From: a virus
Lineage: Duplodnaviria; Caudoviricetes
Virus record (IMG/VR): IMGVR_UViG_3300033407_000065
Coordinates: 1 to 37,988 of that record
DNA length: 37,988 nucleotides
Reading direction: 5' to 3' (one strand)
In this document: piece after piece, positions 8,906-17,669 of the stretch
Layout of the letters: each line of letters opens with the position of its first letter
Position numbering within the stretch: the first letter of the stretch is position 1
Notes under the pieces: generated by a model
Database searches by the model: none
The model's input: the letters and a program-made list of their open reading frames with translations, nothing else
Told to the model about the DNA's origin: nothing
Program-made: the position numbers and the translations under genes

Positions 8906-9456
8906 CCCTGCCCCCAGATAATCGGTTTGTCGACCATGGCGGTGACGAACTCCAGTCCCTTGTCGCCTGGGAACCTGGCCTGCTGGTCTTCGTTGTTGTA
9001 GCGGCGCACCCGAGGGCGGTGCCAATCGGCCATGCGTCCCTCGCCGGTCACGGTGATGGTGGCCGTCTCGCCCATTTCGATGGGCATCACGTCCATGCGG
9101 CCCTGCCAGATGAGCGTCGGGTCGGCAATGAGACGGTGCCCCGCATCGAGCAGCCCGAGATAGATGCGAGCGTCGCGGCCCTGGTAGTGCTCGGAGAGCG
9201 CCAGGCTGATCTTCTCGCCGGGGATGCCCGAGAGAGTCATGCTCACCCCGTAGGGGCGCAGGTCGGTGCTCTCCTTGATGGGGTCGATGCGGCCCAGATC
9301 GCCCACGCCCAGGTAGGTGTCTCCGTTCCAGGCCAGCTCTCCCAGGCCGCTGTGCACGGCCACGATGCCGGAGGCGAAGTCGAGCCGTACCAGAGTGACG
9401 GGGCGGATGGTGCCTTCGGCCAGGGCGGTCTGCATGGCGGCGGTCAAGGTTCTCAC
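8902..9456 (-). CDS. Tail hub / minor tail protein L-like
   Basis: WNGDTYLGVG...GRMD...RRYNNEDQQARFPGDKGLEFV...IIWG, in the canonical position. Confidence 0.8.
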   Translation of the reverse strand: MRTLTAAMQTALAEGTIRPVTLVRLDFASGIVAVHSGLGELAWNGDTYLGVGDLGRIDPIKESTDLRPYGVSMTLSGIPGEKISLALSEHYQGRDARIYLGLLDAGHRLIADPTLIWQGRMDVMPIEMGETATITVTGEGRMADWHRPRVRRYNNEDQQARFPGDKGLEFVTAMVDKPIIWGQG

Positions 9457-10052
9457 AGCAGGGCCTCCACGCAGTTGAGGGTGAGATCCGAGCGCAGCGG
9501 GGGCCGGGTTGCCCAGCGGGTCTGCTCGTCGTCAGCGAGCATCATCACGCAGGAGGCCTGGGCGGTGACGATAAGGGAGCCGCTGGCCGGGCTGGTGCGG
9601 ATGGGCGGCTCGATCTGCAGCGTCGCGGCGCCTGCACCATTGCTCGCAGCATCTGCCACCACCATCTTCAATTCGCTTCCGATCTGAATGTAGTCGCCCG
9701 CCTTGAGAATGCCCGCCGTATTGGGCGTCCAGCCGGAGGTGACCAGCTGGTTGCCGGTCTGCCCGGCACCCGAGACCACGGGCACACCAGAAGCAACGCC
9801 CGCCGGGCCGGGGTGGCTGTGGTCATGCAGGTAGAAGCGTCCGGCCCGGCCCCGCAGCTGCACCAACCAGGCGCTCAAGGCACGGCACTCGCTGCTGGAG
9901 AGCCCCCGCAGGGTCAGGCTCGCCTGCCAGACGGCACCGGGCAGCTCCAGGGTCTGCACGGCGCCGCTGAAGGGGCTGCGATGCTCCTGGGTGTTGCTGC
10001 GCAGGCCGAAGGACGCCTGGGCGATGCGGATGGTCGGAAAGGTCAGGATCAT
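9453..10052 (-). CDS. Distal tail protein
   Basis: SPFSGAVQT...W.ASL...LRGRAGRF...LKAGDYI...IEPPIR, directly after the tape measure gene. Confidence 0.78.
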   Translation of the reverse strand: MILTFPTIRIAQASFGLRSNTQEHRSPFSGAVQTLELPGAVWQASLTLRGLSSSECRALSAWLVQLRGRAGRFYLHDHSHPGPAGVASGVPVVSGAGQTGNQLVTSGWTPNTAGILKAGDYIQIGSELKMVVADAASNGAGAATLQIEPPIRTSPASGSLIVTAQASCVMMLADDEQTRWATRPPLRSDLTLNCVEALL

Positions 10053-11923
10053 GAGCGGGTTCCCTTATAAATGGCGCCCCGGCTGCGCACGTCATCCACG
10101 GCCATCTGGTAGCCCTTGCGGGCCGCCCGCTCCACGGCGGCCTCTAAGCGGGTGGTGTCGTTGCCAGAGCCGCCGCCGGCGTCGATGTGGAAGGTCATGG
10201 TGACGTTTGGGGCGCCGCCCATTCTGGATGCGGCCTGTGCCAGCCCTTCGACGATCTTGCTTTGGTCCGGATCGAAGACCCGCTCGCCCTTGAGCAGAAC
10301 GGCGAGCCCCTCATCCTGCTTCAACCCCCCGAAGTTGAATTTCGGCTTGAAACTGCCGCCACCGTGGTGGGCAGGAAGCGTGAGCTGGGGAGTCCCGAGG
10401 TTGAAGTTGCCCATGGGAGCCTCAAATGTTGAGGGTGCAGCTGCAGGAGCGCCACCATTCCACAATCCCGTCAGCCCACTGGAGATGGCCGAAAACAGCG
10501 GATTGGTGATGTTCTGCTGGATGGCGAGGCGCGCCAGGTCCTTGAGCACCGAGGTGACGAAGTCGCCGAAGGCGAACTTGCCGGTCGTGGTGGCGTCCAG
10601 GATGGTTTCGGTGAAGTCGGCCGCCCAGAACTGCAGGCCGGTCTGCATCGCCTCGAAGGCATCCTGATGCTGGTACTCGAACTCCCGGACGCTCTCGCCC
10701 GTCTTGTCCAACTGCTCATCGTAGAGGGTCAGCCCCTGGGTGAGGCTTTTGAGGGGGCTCTCGGTGAGTTCCAGGCTCTGGGCGAAGTGCCGAAAGAGCG
10801 CAGCCGAATCGGCGACCGAGGCTTTCGAGTCTTCGAAGAACGACTTGAACTCGTTTTGGCGGAAGCGCTCGATGCGCTTGCTGACCTCGTCCAGGGGCTG
10901 CTTGCTATCGGCTCCGAGCTTAGCGCTTACTGTTTTTCCGCCCGCGGATTTTTCCTTTGGCGGAAAAACGGGCCGGTCACCCTCCAGGGCGGCTATTTCT
11001 CCTCGCAGCGCTTTTATTTTCTCCCTCAACCCATCCACGCCGCCGTACATCATCTGCATCCAACCGGGCATTTTCTCGGCGGCTTCCAGCTGCTCCATGG
11101 TGTGCTGGAGTTCCAGACGCAGATCGGCGAGGGTTTCCGCTTGAGTCGGCGCGATAGCCTTACGCAGGCGGTCAATTGCACCGGTGATGCCGTCGATACC
11201 CTTTTGGGCGGTATCCATGGCCTCGGTGTTTCCAAGCGCCCCCAGAAGCTGCGACCAAGCGCCCTCCAGATTGGAGATGGAACCGTTCATGGTTACCATC
11301 TGCCGCTCCATCCCTCCGGCGAAATCGACCTCGCCGATCCGAAGGAGGTATTCCTGAATCTCCTCAGCCGAGTTTTTCACCTCGGTGGTAATGCCCCGGA
11401 ACGTAAAGCGTACCGTGTCACCCTGCTGGCGCGTCTTGATGCCTAGGTCCTTGAGGCGCTCGAACTCCCCGGTGACGGCATCGGCCACCGCCTCAATCAT
11501 CTGGTTGAGGTCTTTGTTGAGGGCACTGGTGGTGTTGCCGTAGCTGCGCAAAGCCCTTTCGGACGGGTCGAGACCGAAGTTCTTCAATTTGATGTAGGCA
11601 TCGAGCACCTGCCCCAGCTGGTAAGGAGTCGTTTTGGCGAACTCCTGAAGACGTTCCATCTCCCTGTTGGCTGCCTGCTGGGAGCCCGTCGCTGTGACCA
11701 GGGCGGCATCGTACCCTTGCATCTGCCGGGTCGTATTCAGGAGGTCGGAACCGAATTTGGCAATTCCGGCCGCCGTGATCAGCCCAGTGAAAACATTGAG
11801 CGTCGAATTGGTGCGGGATCCGGCCTTCTCGATCCCGTCCAGCTCCCGCCTCACGCTGTCCAGTTCGGCGCTGGCTTTGTCGACCGCCTCCAGAATCAGC
11901 TGGAGCCGCATTTTCTCAGACAT
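10049..11923 (-). CDS. Tail tape measure protein
   Basis: 624 aa, helical and Ala-rich. Tape-measure domain (FAKTTPYQL...AVADAVTGEFERLKDLGI) and C-terminal HGGG...AVLLKGERV. Confidence 0.92.
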   Translation of the reverse strand: MSEKMRLQLILEAVDKASAELDSVRRELDGIEKAGSRTNSTLNVFTGLITAAGIAKFGSDLLNTTRQMQGYDAALVTATGSQQAANREMERLQEFAKTTPYQLGQVLDAYIKLKNFGLDPSERALRSYGNTTSALNKDLNQMIEAVADAVTGEFERLKDLGIKTRQQGDTVRFTFRGITTEVKNSAEEIQEYLLRIGEVDFAGGMERQMVTMNGSISNLEGAWSQLLGALGNTEAMDTAQKGIDGITGAIDRLRKAIAPTQAETLADLRLELQHTMEQLEAAEKMPGWMQMMYGGVDGLREKIKALRGEIAALEGDRPVFPPKEKSAGGKTVSAKLGADSKQPLDEVSKRIERFRQNEFKSFFEDSKASVADSAALFRHFAQSLELTESPLKSLTQGLTLYDEQLDKTGESVREFEYQHQDAFEAMQTGLQFWAADFTETILDATTTGKFAFGDFVTSVLKDLARLAIQQNITNPLFSAISSGLTGLWNGGAPAAAPSTFEAPMGNFNLGTPQLTLPAHHGGGSFKPKFNFGGLKQDEGLAVLLKGERVFDPDQSKIVEGLAQAASRMGGAPNVTMTFHIDAGGGSGNDTTRLEAAVERAARKGYQMAVDDVRSRGAIYKGTRS

Positions 11924-12272
11924 CGATCACCTCGATTTCCCGTTCACAGTTGGCGCAATCGTTGTCGCCCAATTCCCGGCAGGCTTTGCAGTAGGTATCT
12001 TCCGGGGCCTCTTGGTCCCCGGCGCCCAGGAAGGCAAGCATGGCCTCCCGGAGCCTTACGTCCCGACTTCGGTACCGCAGCCAGGGGACGGCTTCGGCGG
12101 GGGTGACTCCCCAGAGGATCCGCTCTCGCTGGGTGATATCTCCCCCGGCGAGGACGATGACGGCCTGCTCGATGCTGTCCTCCCCCTCAGCAGTTCCTGC
12201 TGCAGGGCGAGCAGCACCTGATGGACGACCCCGGCCAGCTGGCTCAAAATCGAGCTGACCGGGTTGCAGGTA
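11916..12272 (-). CDS. -1 frameshift extension of the tail assembly chaperone (gpGT-like C-terminal part)
   Basis: The -1 frame is open from the T7 slippery site to TGA at 11916 (…EDSIEQAVIVLAGGDITQRERILWG…YCKACRELGDNDCANCEREIEVIDV). Confidence 0.75.
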   Translation of the reverse strand, partial: YLQPGQLDFEPAGRGRPSGAARPAAGTAEGEDSIEQAVIVLAGGDITQRERILWGVTPAEAVPWLRYRSRDVRLREAMLAFLGAGDQEAPEDTYCKACRELGDNDCANCEREIEVIDV

Positions 12273-12571
12273 AAAAAATCGGCCAGCACCTCTGCGATCT
12301 GCTCGGGGGTGATGGCGTACTCCAGCTGCTCGGCCAGAGCGCCGACGTCCTTATCCTTGGGGCTGGTCCCTCGGGGCGTCAGCACGATGGCCAGGGCGCG
12401 GTCCAGACGGCCCGCCTGCTCCAGAGCCGTCACCAGAGACCGCAGGAAGTCCCCCGGGGGAAGCTCCAGCCCCTCCAGCTCAGCGCGAAGCTGCCGCCAC
12501 TGCCCGAGTACCAGGCGCCGTTGCTCGAAGTTGATGCCGCCGATTTCGTAGTTTTTCACCGGGTTTGACAC
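12056..12571 (-). CDS. Tail assembly chaperone (gpG-like)
   Basis: Between tail tube and tape measure. Contains GAT TTT TTT ACC (DFFT) followed by a low-complexity Ser/Pro tail. Confidence 0.8.
   Translation of the reverse strand: MSNPVKNYEIGGINFEQRRLVLGQWRQLRAELEGLELPPGDFLRSLVTALEQAGRLDRALAIVLTPRGTSPKDKDVGALAEQLEYAITPEQIAEVLADFFTCNPVSSILSQLAGVVHQVLLALQQELLRGRTASSRPSSSSPGEISPSESGSSGESPPPKPSPGCGTEVGT
12272..12278 (-). promoter_or_regulatory. -1 programmed ribosomal frameshift heptamer T TTT TTT
   Basis: A7 on + at 12272-12278, in the correct X XXY YYZ phase in the chaperone ORF. Confidence 0.75.
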
Positions 12572-12598
12572 TGGATTTATCCTCCCTTTACAGATGAT

Positions 12599-13564
12599 TT
12601 AAATGACGGCCTGGGTGTTCTTGACGATGACCTGAATGGCGCTGGCGACCGCGCTGTTTTCGTAGTAGGCCTCGAAGGGCAGCTCCACCAGGACGCCCTT
12701 GGGGCCGTTGATGACCGGGGCGTTGGGCACATAGACCAGCTCGGGCAGCAGCAGCTCGATGGACTCGTTGCCCGCGGTGCCGTCGCCGGTACCGAACTGC
12801 CACAGCACCTTGAGGCTGCTCTCGGTCCCGGCGGTCGCCTTGGCGTAGAGCACCAGATCCTTGAAGCGGGCGTTCAGGGTGCCGGTGACCTTCACTGTGC
12901 CCTCGGCGATGTCATCACGCTCGCCGTTGCTGCCCAGGCTGTAGCCGTCGCCGTCCAGGCCGTTGTCGATGGTGAGGCCGCTGATGCTCACCACGGCGGC
13001 GATGGCGGCGCCGCCCTCCTCGATGGTGGCCAGGGTGAAGCCGTCGAAGCTCTGCTTGCCCAGGTCCGTCGGGGTGGCGTCGAAGGGAGCCTGAGCGGTC
13101 GCCTCGGCAGCGCCCATGAAATCCAGGGTCACTTTCTGGAAACCGCTGGAGGTGATGCCCATGGAGAGACGGCTGGCCTTGCAGCCCGAGTACTTGAAGT
13201 ACTGGCCGACGTCGGGGAAGCCCTTCTCGATGAGGTAGCTGGGCAGCGCGGTACCGACCTTGAAAGTGTGGGTGTAGGGTCCGGCGCCGGTGGTGGTTTT
13301 GCTGCCCAGCACCGCCTCGAACAGGCTGGCCATGTACGCCTGCAGCTCCAGCACCAGCGGACCCGACACGTCATCGTTGCCGCGCCCGGGTTTGCCCGGG
13401 TTTCGGTTGGCCCGGATGGCCTCGGAGCTCTCCATGGCCCGGCTCAGCCGGATGCCGCAGCTGTTGAAGTGCAGGCGCTGGGCGTCGGGAGCGCCTACGG
13501 TTTTGAAGGAGACCTCCTTCTGGATGACCACCTGGGCATTGGCCCCTTTGGCTTGCTGTGCCAT
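12599..13564 (-). CDS. Major tail tube protein (non-contractile tail)
   Basis: 321 aa. G...VSG.L..E, PS..IEKGFPDV.QYF.Y.GCK and PVINGP.GV patterns. No sheath gene is present. Confidence 0.82.
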   Translation of the reverse strand: MAQQAKGANAQVVIQKEVSFKTVGAPDAQRLHFNSCGIRLSRAMESSEAIRANRNPGKPGRGNDDVSGPLVLELQAYMASLFEAVLGSKTTTGAGPYTHTFKVGTALPSYLIEKGFPDVGQYFKYSGCKASRLSMGITSSGFQKVTLDFMGAAEATAQAPFDATPTDLGKQSFDGFTLATIEEGGAAIAAVVSISGLTIDNGLDGDGYSLGSNGERDDIAEGTVKVTGTLNARFKDLVLYAKATAGTESSLKVLWQFGTGDGTAGNESIELLLPELVYVPNAPVINGPKGVLVELPFEAYYENSAVASAIQVIVKNTQAVI

Positions 13565-13750
13565 TTACGCCTCCTTCCCGGGCTTCTTGGCCCCAGGCTC
13601 TGTTCCGGCCTCATAAAACGTGATGCGGGTCTTCCGGAGCAGGGCGGCCGCCAGATCGTCTTCGACCGGCCGGGCCTTGCCCCTCTCGAACTGCCCGGCG
13701 TCGCCCATCGTGACCCGGGGCGGTCCGTCGATGTAGAGCATGCTTTTCAT
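13565..13750 (-). CDS. Small neck/tail protein (Mu gp38 position)
   Basis: 61 aa with RBS, abutting the tube gene. Confidence 0.6.
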   Translation of the reverse strand: MKSMLYIDGPPRVTMGDAGQFERGKARPVEDDLAAALLRKTRITFYEAGTEPGAKKPGKEA

Positions 13751-13752
13751 GG

Positions 13753-14172
13753 TTATCCTTCCGTTTCGGTGTCGTTGATGAATTCCAGGCCGTAGGCCAG
13801 CACCCCGCCCGAGGCTTCGATGAGGCTCTCGGAGAGGGGCCAGAGGTAGCCGCCGCCGGTGTTGAAGCCGGTCAGGTGCTCGCGGATGCGCTCCAGCAGC
13901 TCGTAGCCTTCCAGCCCGCCCTGGGCCCTGCTGCGCAGGTTGCGGGTCATGAGGATCAACGTCCAGCGCTGCGTCCAGGGGGCCTGCAGCTGCCCGATAC
14001 CCAGGTTTTCTTTCTCGCCGAAGCGCCCCTCGGAGTAGATGAGATGCGCCGAGGGGAAGCCATGGGGCTTCTTGAGCAGATCCTCCACGTCGCCCGCCCA
14101 GGGCTCCCGGGTTTTGAGCTCGGGGACGAGCTCCAGATGCTTCAGGATGGCGTCGCTGATGTCGGTGAGCAT
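13753..14172 (-). CDS. Tail terminator, Mu gp37 (K)-like
   Basis: Size and position after gp36. RNLRS...GYELLERIREHLTG motif. Confidence 0.75.
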   Translation of the reverse strand: MLTDISDAILKHLELVPELKTREPWAGDVEDLLKKPHGFPSAHLIYSEGRFGEKENLGIGQLQAPWTQRWTLILMTRNLRSRAQGGLEGYELLERIREHLTGFNTGGGYLWPLSESLIEASGGVLAYGLEFINDTETEG

Positions 14173-14604
14173 TTACCGGCTCCTCTGCGAGTCGCGGGTG
14201 AAGCGTCTGCCGCCTCCGGTAAAGCTGGCCCCGCTGGTGGCGCTCTGCCCCGAGGGCGAGGGCAGCCCCAGGGAGATGTTGCCGACGCGGATCTCCCTGA
14301 GCATCCGCAGGGCGTTGTCATAGGCCTTGCCGACGTTCTCAGGCATTTTGAACTCGGCTCGACGGCCGTAGAGGATGTGTGTGGCGATATCCAGGGCAAG
14401 GGAGTTGACCACGCCAGACACCGCAGAGAGGGGCAGGCTGTAGCGGTCCCTCAGATAGCCATCGATGAGTTCACCGGCTTCGGCGATGGCCTCATCCACC
14501 ACGGTGGTGTCCACGGTGGCCAGCCCCTGATCGTCCGTCAGGTCGATGAGCGTCTGCTCGGGGATGCGCTTGCGCTGGATGTCCTCCTGGGTGCAGTACG
14601 ACAT
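14173..14604 (-). CDS. Head-tail adaptor, Mu gp36 (J)/DUF1320
   Basis: MSYCTQEDI...AI.EA..LIDGYL..RY.LPL...DIA...LY...Y.NAL..L..I..G.ISLG. Confidence 0.9.
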   Translation of the reverse strand: MSYCTQEDIQRKRIPEQTLIDLTDDQGLATVDTTVVDEAIAEAGELIDGYLRDRYSLPLSAVSGVVNSLALDIATHILYGRRAEFKMPENVGKAYDNALRMLREIRVGNISLGLPSPSGQSATSGASFTGGGRRFTRDSQRSR

Positions 14605-14616
14605 GGTGGCCTCCTG

Positions 14617-14937
14617 TTACCCTTGAGTCAGTTCAAGGCGGCGCTTCTCGGCAGCCTTCTTGATGCCCTCACGGTCATCTCCCTCGATGAGGGCGGCGAG
14701 TTCCTCGGGCGTCTTGGCCGCCTCGATGAGCGCGACGCCATCCTGGACCTTGCCGTCCTTGGTGCGCTTGGCGGCGGGAGAGCCTTCCTCAACCTCGCTG
14801 ACGACCAGCATGGGCTCGGCTTTCAGAGCCTTGAGCTGCTCGGCCGTGAAGTGGTCGGCGGGGTATTCGGTGGCTTCCTTGCTGTGGGCGATGCCGCAGC
14901 GGCGGAAGCCGTCTTTCTTGGCAATGATTCGGATCAT
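14617..14937 (-). CDS. Mu gp35/HI1506-like protein
   Basis: MIRIIAKKDGFRRCGIAH...FT.EQL..L.AEPMLVV signature. Confidence 0.85.
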   Translation of the reverse strand: MIRIIAKKDGFRRCGIAHSKEATEYPADHFTAEQLKALKAEPMLVVSEVEEGSPAAKRTKDGKVQDGVALIEAAKTPEELAALIEGDDREGIKKAAEKRRLELTQG

Positions 14938-14954
14938 GATGAGGTCTCCTCAAG

Positions 14955-14982
14955 CAGGGGCGCGGCGTCTACCGCGCCCCTG
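14955..14982. other. Perfect 11-bp hairpin downstream of the capsid gene
   Basis: CAGGGGCGCGG-cgtcta-CCGCGCCCCTG with no U-tract on -. Likely an mRNA stabiliser or attenuator. Confidence 0.5.
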
Positions 14983-15000
14983 TCAGTTCAAGGGTTTTCG

Positions 15001-16026
15001 TCAGGCCAGCCAGGGCACGACCAGGACTTCGACGGCTTTGAAGTTGGTGTTGCTGCCGCCACCGGCGAGCTGCTCGGCCTCGATGAGGGCCTTGGCCGCC
15101 GCACGGTTCGAGGGACCGACCACCAGCAGGTTGGGCATGACGCCCAGGGGCTTGCCGTGGTCGCCCTTGAAGGCCCCCGTGGCGGCCATGGCGGCGTCGA
15201 AGTTGGTGGCATCGAGGGCGGCCTTGGAGCCGAAGGCCATCTGCCAGAAACCGAAGCCGACGTTTTTGCGGTCGTCGACGCCGTAGACGTATTCCTTGCG
15301 GTTGAAGACGTTGTCGTCGGTGGATTGGTCTTTGTTGACGAACTCGGGCTTCTTGCGCTGCTGGAGGATCAGGGGCTTCAGGGGGCGACGGGTGTCGAGC
15401 AGGAACCAGGGGTTGCCTCCGCCCGCCTGCATGTTGCTCACGCTGACCTTGGCCCCGTCGGCCTGGATGACGGGGTGGTCGGTATCGAAGAAGTACTGGC
15501 CGTCATAACAAGGGGTGGCGAATCCGGCGGCCAGCAGCGCGAAGATCAGCTCGTCGGGGTGCTGGTTGGCGCTCTGGCCGAGCATCTCCATCATGGGGGC
15601 GTAGACGCCGTACTGGTCATCCTCGATACTCTCGCGGGGAACGCCCACGGTGAGCTCGAAGGTCTTGTTCTTGACGCTGTAGTCGTGCTGCTTGAGGTTG
15701 TGGATGTGGCGGTCGCCGATCCACTCCCGCATGCCGGGGATCTGCCCGAGCCAGCCGTAGTCTTCCGTTCCGGTAGTGGAGGGCACCAGGGTGGCCACCT
15801 TGGACCACAGGGGAGAGACCCCCTCAAAGCCCTTTTGGAAGGCGGCCTTGAAGGCCCGATTGAGAATGGCCAGGTTGCCCGCATTGACGATGAGGGCCGG
15901 AGCGGCCCCGCCGCCCAGCAGTAGGGTCCAGTCGAAGGCCAGAGCCTGTGCAGGGTCGGCGAAGGCCAGTGCCCAGGTCATGCAAACCAGCATGACGATT
16001 CCGAAGGTCCAGAACATTTTTTTCAT
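15001..16026 (-). CDS. Major capsid protein, Mu gpT-like, with N-terminal hydrophobic extension
   Basis: VPSTT..E.YGWLG..P.MREWIGDR, IEDDQYGVY.P, CYDGQYFFDTDHPV and GFGFWQMAFGS. Confidence 0.95.
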   Translation of the reverse strand: MKKMFWTFGIVMLVCMTWALAFADPAQALAFDWTLLLGGGAAPALIVNAGNLAILNRAFKAAFQKGFEGVSPLWSKVATLVPSTTGTEDYGWLGQIPGMREWIGDRHIHNLKQHDYSVKNKTFELTVGVPRESIEDDQYGVYAPMMEMLGQSANQHPDELIFALLAAGFATPCYDGQYFFDTDHPVIQADGAKVSVSNMQAGGGNPWFLLDTRRPLKPLILQQRKKPEFVNKDQSTDDNVFNRKEYVYGVDDRKNVGFGFWQMAFGSKAALDATNFDAAMAATGAFKGDHGKPLGVMPNLLVVGPSNRAAAKALIEAEQLAGGGSNTNFKAVEVLVVPWLA

Positions 16027-16058
16027 GATTTTTATCTCCGTTCGAATGAGGGGTTGAA

Positions 16059-16469
16059 TTAGCGGAAGTCGACCCAGACGCCCTGGGCATCCACGTCATG
16101 GACCTTGCCCGCCACGCTGCGGGTGGCGGTGCCGTCGGTCTTGGCCACGGTCTGGTCGTCGACGATGTAGCAGTCGCCGCCGATATCGGCGGCGGTGATT
16201 TCGTCGGCGGCCGCCGAGTTGGCGAAGCGGAAGATCCCGCGCTCGATGTCGACGCTCACGGCATCATCGGCCCCGGCGCTGTTGTCCACGAACTGCCGGA
16301 CCCGGCCCACGCCGAGCAGGGTGGTCGCCACGGCGCCCGGGGTGGCGCGGCCGTTGGCATCGCGGGCGCAGAGGGCCCCGGCGAAAAACTTCTTGGCCCC
16401 GGCGGCCGAGAGGGTCAGGTTGTCGCCGCTGCGGCGCGGCGTGTTGCGGTCTTCGGTCAGTACTGCCAT
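16059..16469 (-). CDS. Head decoration / capsid cement protein
   Basis: LT.DRNTP...DNSAGADDA..V....G.F.FANS...DIG..CYIVDDQTVAKT..T.TRS.AG family, between protease and capsid. Confidence 0.8.
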   Translation of the reverse strand: MAVLTEDRNTPRRSGDNLTLSAAGAKKFFAGALCARDANGRATPGAVATTLLGVGRVRQFVDNSAGADDAVSVDIERGIFRFANSAAADEITAADIGGDCYIVDDQTVAKTDGTATRSVAGKVHDVDAQGVWVDFR

Positions 16470-16498
16470 GGTGCTCTCCTTTGGTCAGGGTGCGGGTT

Positions 16499-16993
16499 TC
16501 AGGCGTTGGCCTTGCGGTACTCTTCTTCGCTGATCCCCAGCGATGCGCAGATCTGTTTCTCCTCGGCATTGAGGGCCACGCCTGCGGCAGGAGGCGTTCT
16601 GGTATCCATGCCGGAGGGCTTGCCGATTTCCGGCGCCGTCTTCAAAAAGTCGCGGAAGGCGTCGAGGCCACCCTCTTTGCGGCACATGGCGACGTAGTAG
16701 TCCTTTGAGGCCGGGGCGATCTTGCCCGCCTTGAGGGCGCCGTCGATTTCGCTGTTGATGGCGATCTCCTGCTCGGCTTTCTTCTGCTCGGCCGCGGCCT
16801 GCTCAGCGTTGAGGGCGCGGGTCTTCATCTGGTCGAAATCCGCCCGGGGGACGAACTTGTCCAAGGAGGGGCTGTTGACGCTGTTGAGGGCAGTCTGCAG
16901 GTCACCCTGCATCTTCCGGATGTGGTTGAGAGCCTGCTCCAGGGTGGTACCTGCGGGCAGACCGAGAAGGGCCAAGAGTTGAGCAAGTTCCAT
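16499..16993 (-). CDS. Scaffold protein, Mu gpZ-like (in-frame internal start in gpI)
   Basis: AAGGAG RBS before the internal ATG (MELAQLLALLGLP). Same arrangement as Mu I/Z. Confidence 0.7.
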   Translation of the reverse strand: MELAQLLALLGLPAGTTLEQALNHIRKMQGDLQTALNSVNSPSLDKFVPRADFDQMKTRALNAEQAAAEQKKAEQEIAINSEIDGALKAGKIAPASKDYYVAMCRKEGGLDAFRDFLKTAPEIGKPSGMDTRTPPAAGVALNAEEKQICASLGISEEEYRKANA

Positions 16994-17551
16994 GGTTCGT
17001 TTCTCCTTTGTGGGTTGTTGGCGGTTCAGTGCGCTCAGGCGCAGGTTCGGTTGATTGGTCAGGGCCGCCGAGGTCAGGCGGAGGACGCGGCCGCTGTCTT
17101 TCTCAAACACGAAGACCGGCGAGATGTAGCGGTATTCGCGGCCCTCGATACTGGCGCGGCCCTTGGGCGTCCAGGCCACCTTCGCCCAGATGCTGCCGCC
17201 CTCCCGGGCTTCGAGCTGCGAGGCCCAGCCGGAGGCGGGGGCTTCCTCTCCCTTGGGGGCTTTGAGCTCGGTACTGTGCTCCCAATCGAAAGGCAGCTCC
17301 CTGCCGTCCAGGCGAAACGCCTCGATGACCCCCTCGGGCCGGTCGTTGAGCCAGGCTCGCCCGTCGCGCCCCTGGATGGTCAGTCCGGCCGGAAGCAGCT
17401 CGATCCACTCGGGTGCACTGCCGTCTGCGGGCAGCTCGAAGTTGAGTGCCACCAGTTCACAGCCCTCGGGCAGCTCGGCAGAGTTGAGGGCGACGCCCAC
17501 ACGCTCTCCGGCGGCGATGGAAGCATGGCTTTTGAGTACAAGAATCTTCAC
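16499..17551 (-). CDS. Prohead protease, Mu gpI-like
   Basis: GTG start at 17551 with GAAGGAG RBS. PEWIELLPAG, GRDGR, DWEH, APASGW, EYRYISPVF and ALTNQPNL. Confidence 0.92.
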   Translation of the reverse strand: MKILVLKSHASIAAGERVGVALNSAELPEGCELVALNFELPADGSAPEWIELLPAGLTIQGRDGRAWLNDRPEGVIEAFRLDGRELPFDWEHSTELKAPKGEEAPASGWASQLEAREGGSIWAKVAWTPKGRASIEGREYRYISPVFVFEKDSGRVLRLTSAALTNQPNLRLSALNRQQPTKEKRTMELAQLLALLGLPAGTTLEQALNHIRKMQGDLQTALNSVNSPSLDKFVPRADFDQMKTRALNAEQAAAEQKKAEQEIAINSEIDGALKAGKIAPASKDYYVAMCRKEGGLDAFRDFLKTAPEIGKPSGMDTRTPPAAGVALNAEEKQICASLGISEEEYRKANA

Positions 17552-17589
17552 CGGCGTATCTCCTTCGTGTTGAGGGGTCCGATCTCCGC

Positions 17590-17660
17590 TCGAAAACCCC
17601 ATTTAAACCCCGTTTAAAATCGTCCCTGCTGCGCCCATTCCGAAAACGCCGGGGTCTGTG
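17590..17660. other. Candidate strong gyrase site (SGS) region
   Basis: Intergenic between G and I near the genome centre, where the Mu SGS lies. Phased tracts AAAACCCCATTTAAACCCCGTTTAAAAT. Confidence 0.45.
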
Positions 17661-17669
17661 CCTGTTTCG

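Noticed and set aside
13876-15924. 682-aa + strand ORF and other long antisense ORFs (e.g. 5517-7013, 27711-28853, 1052-1972)
   Set aside because: Shadow frames opposite well-supported - strand genes in GC-rich DNA, with no motifs or RBS.
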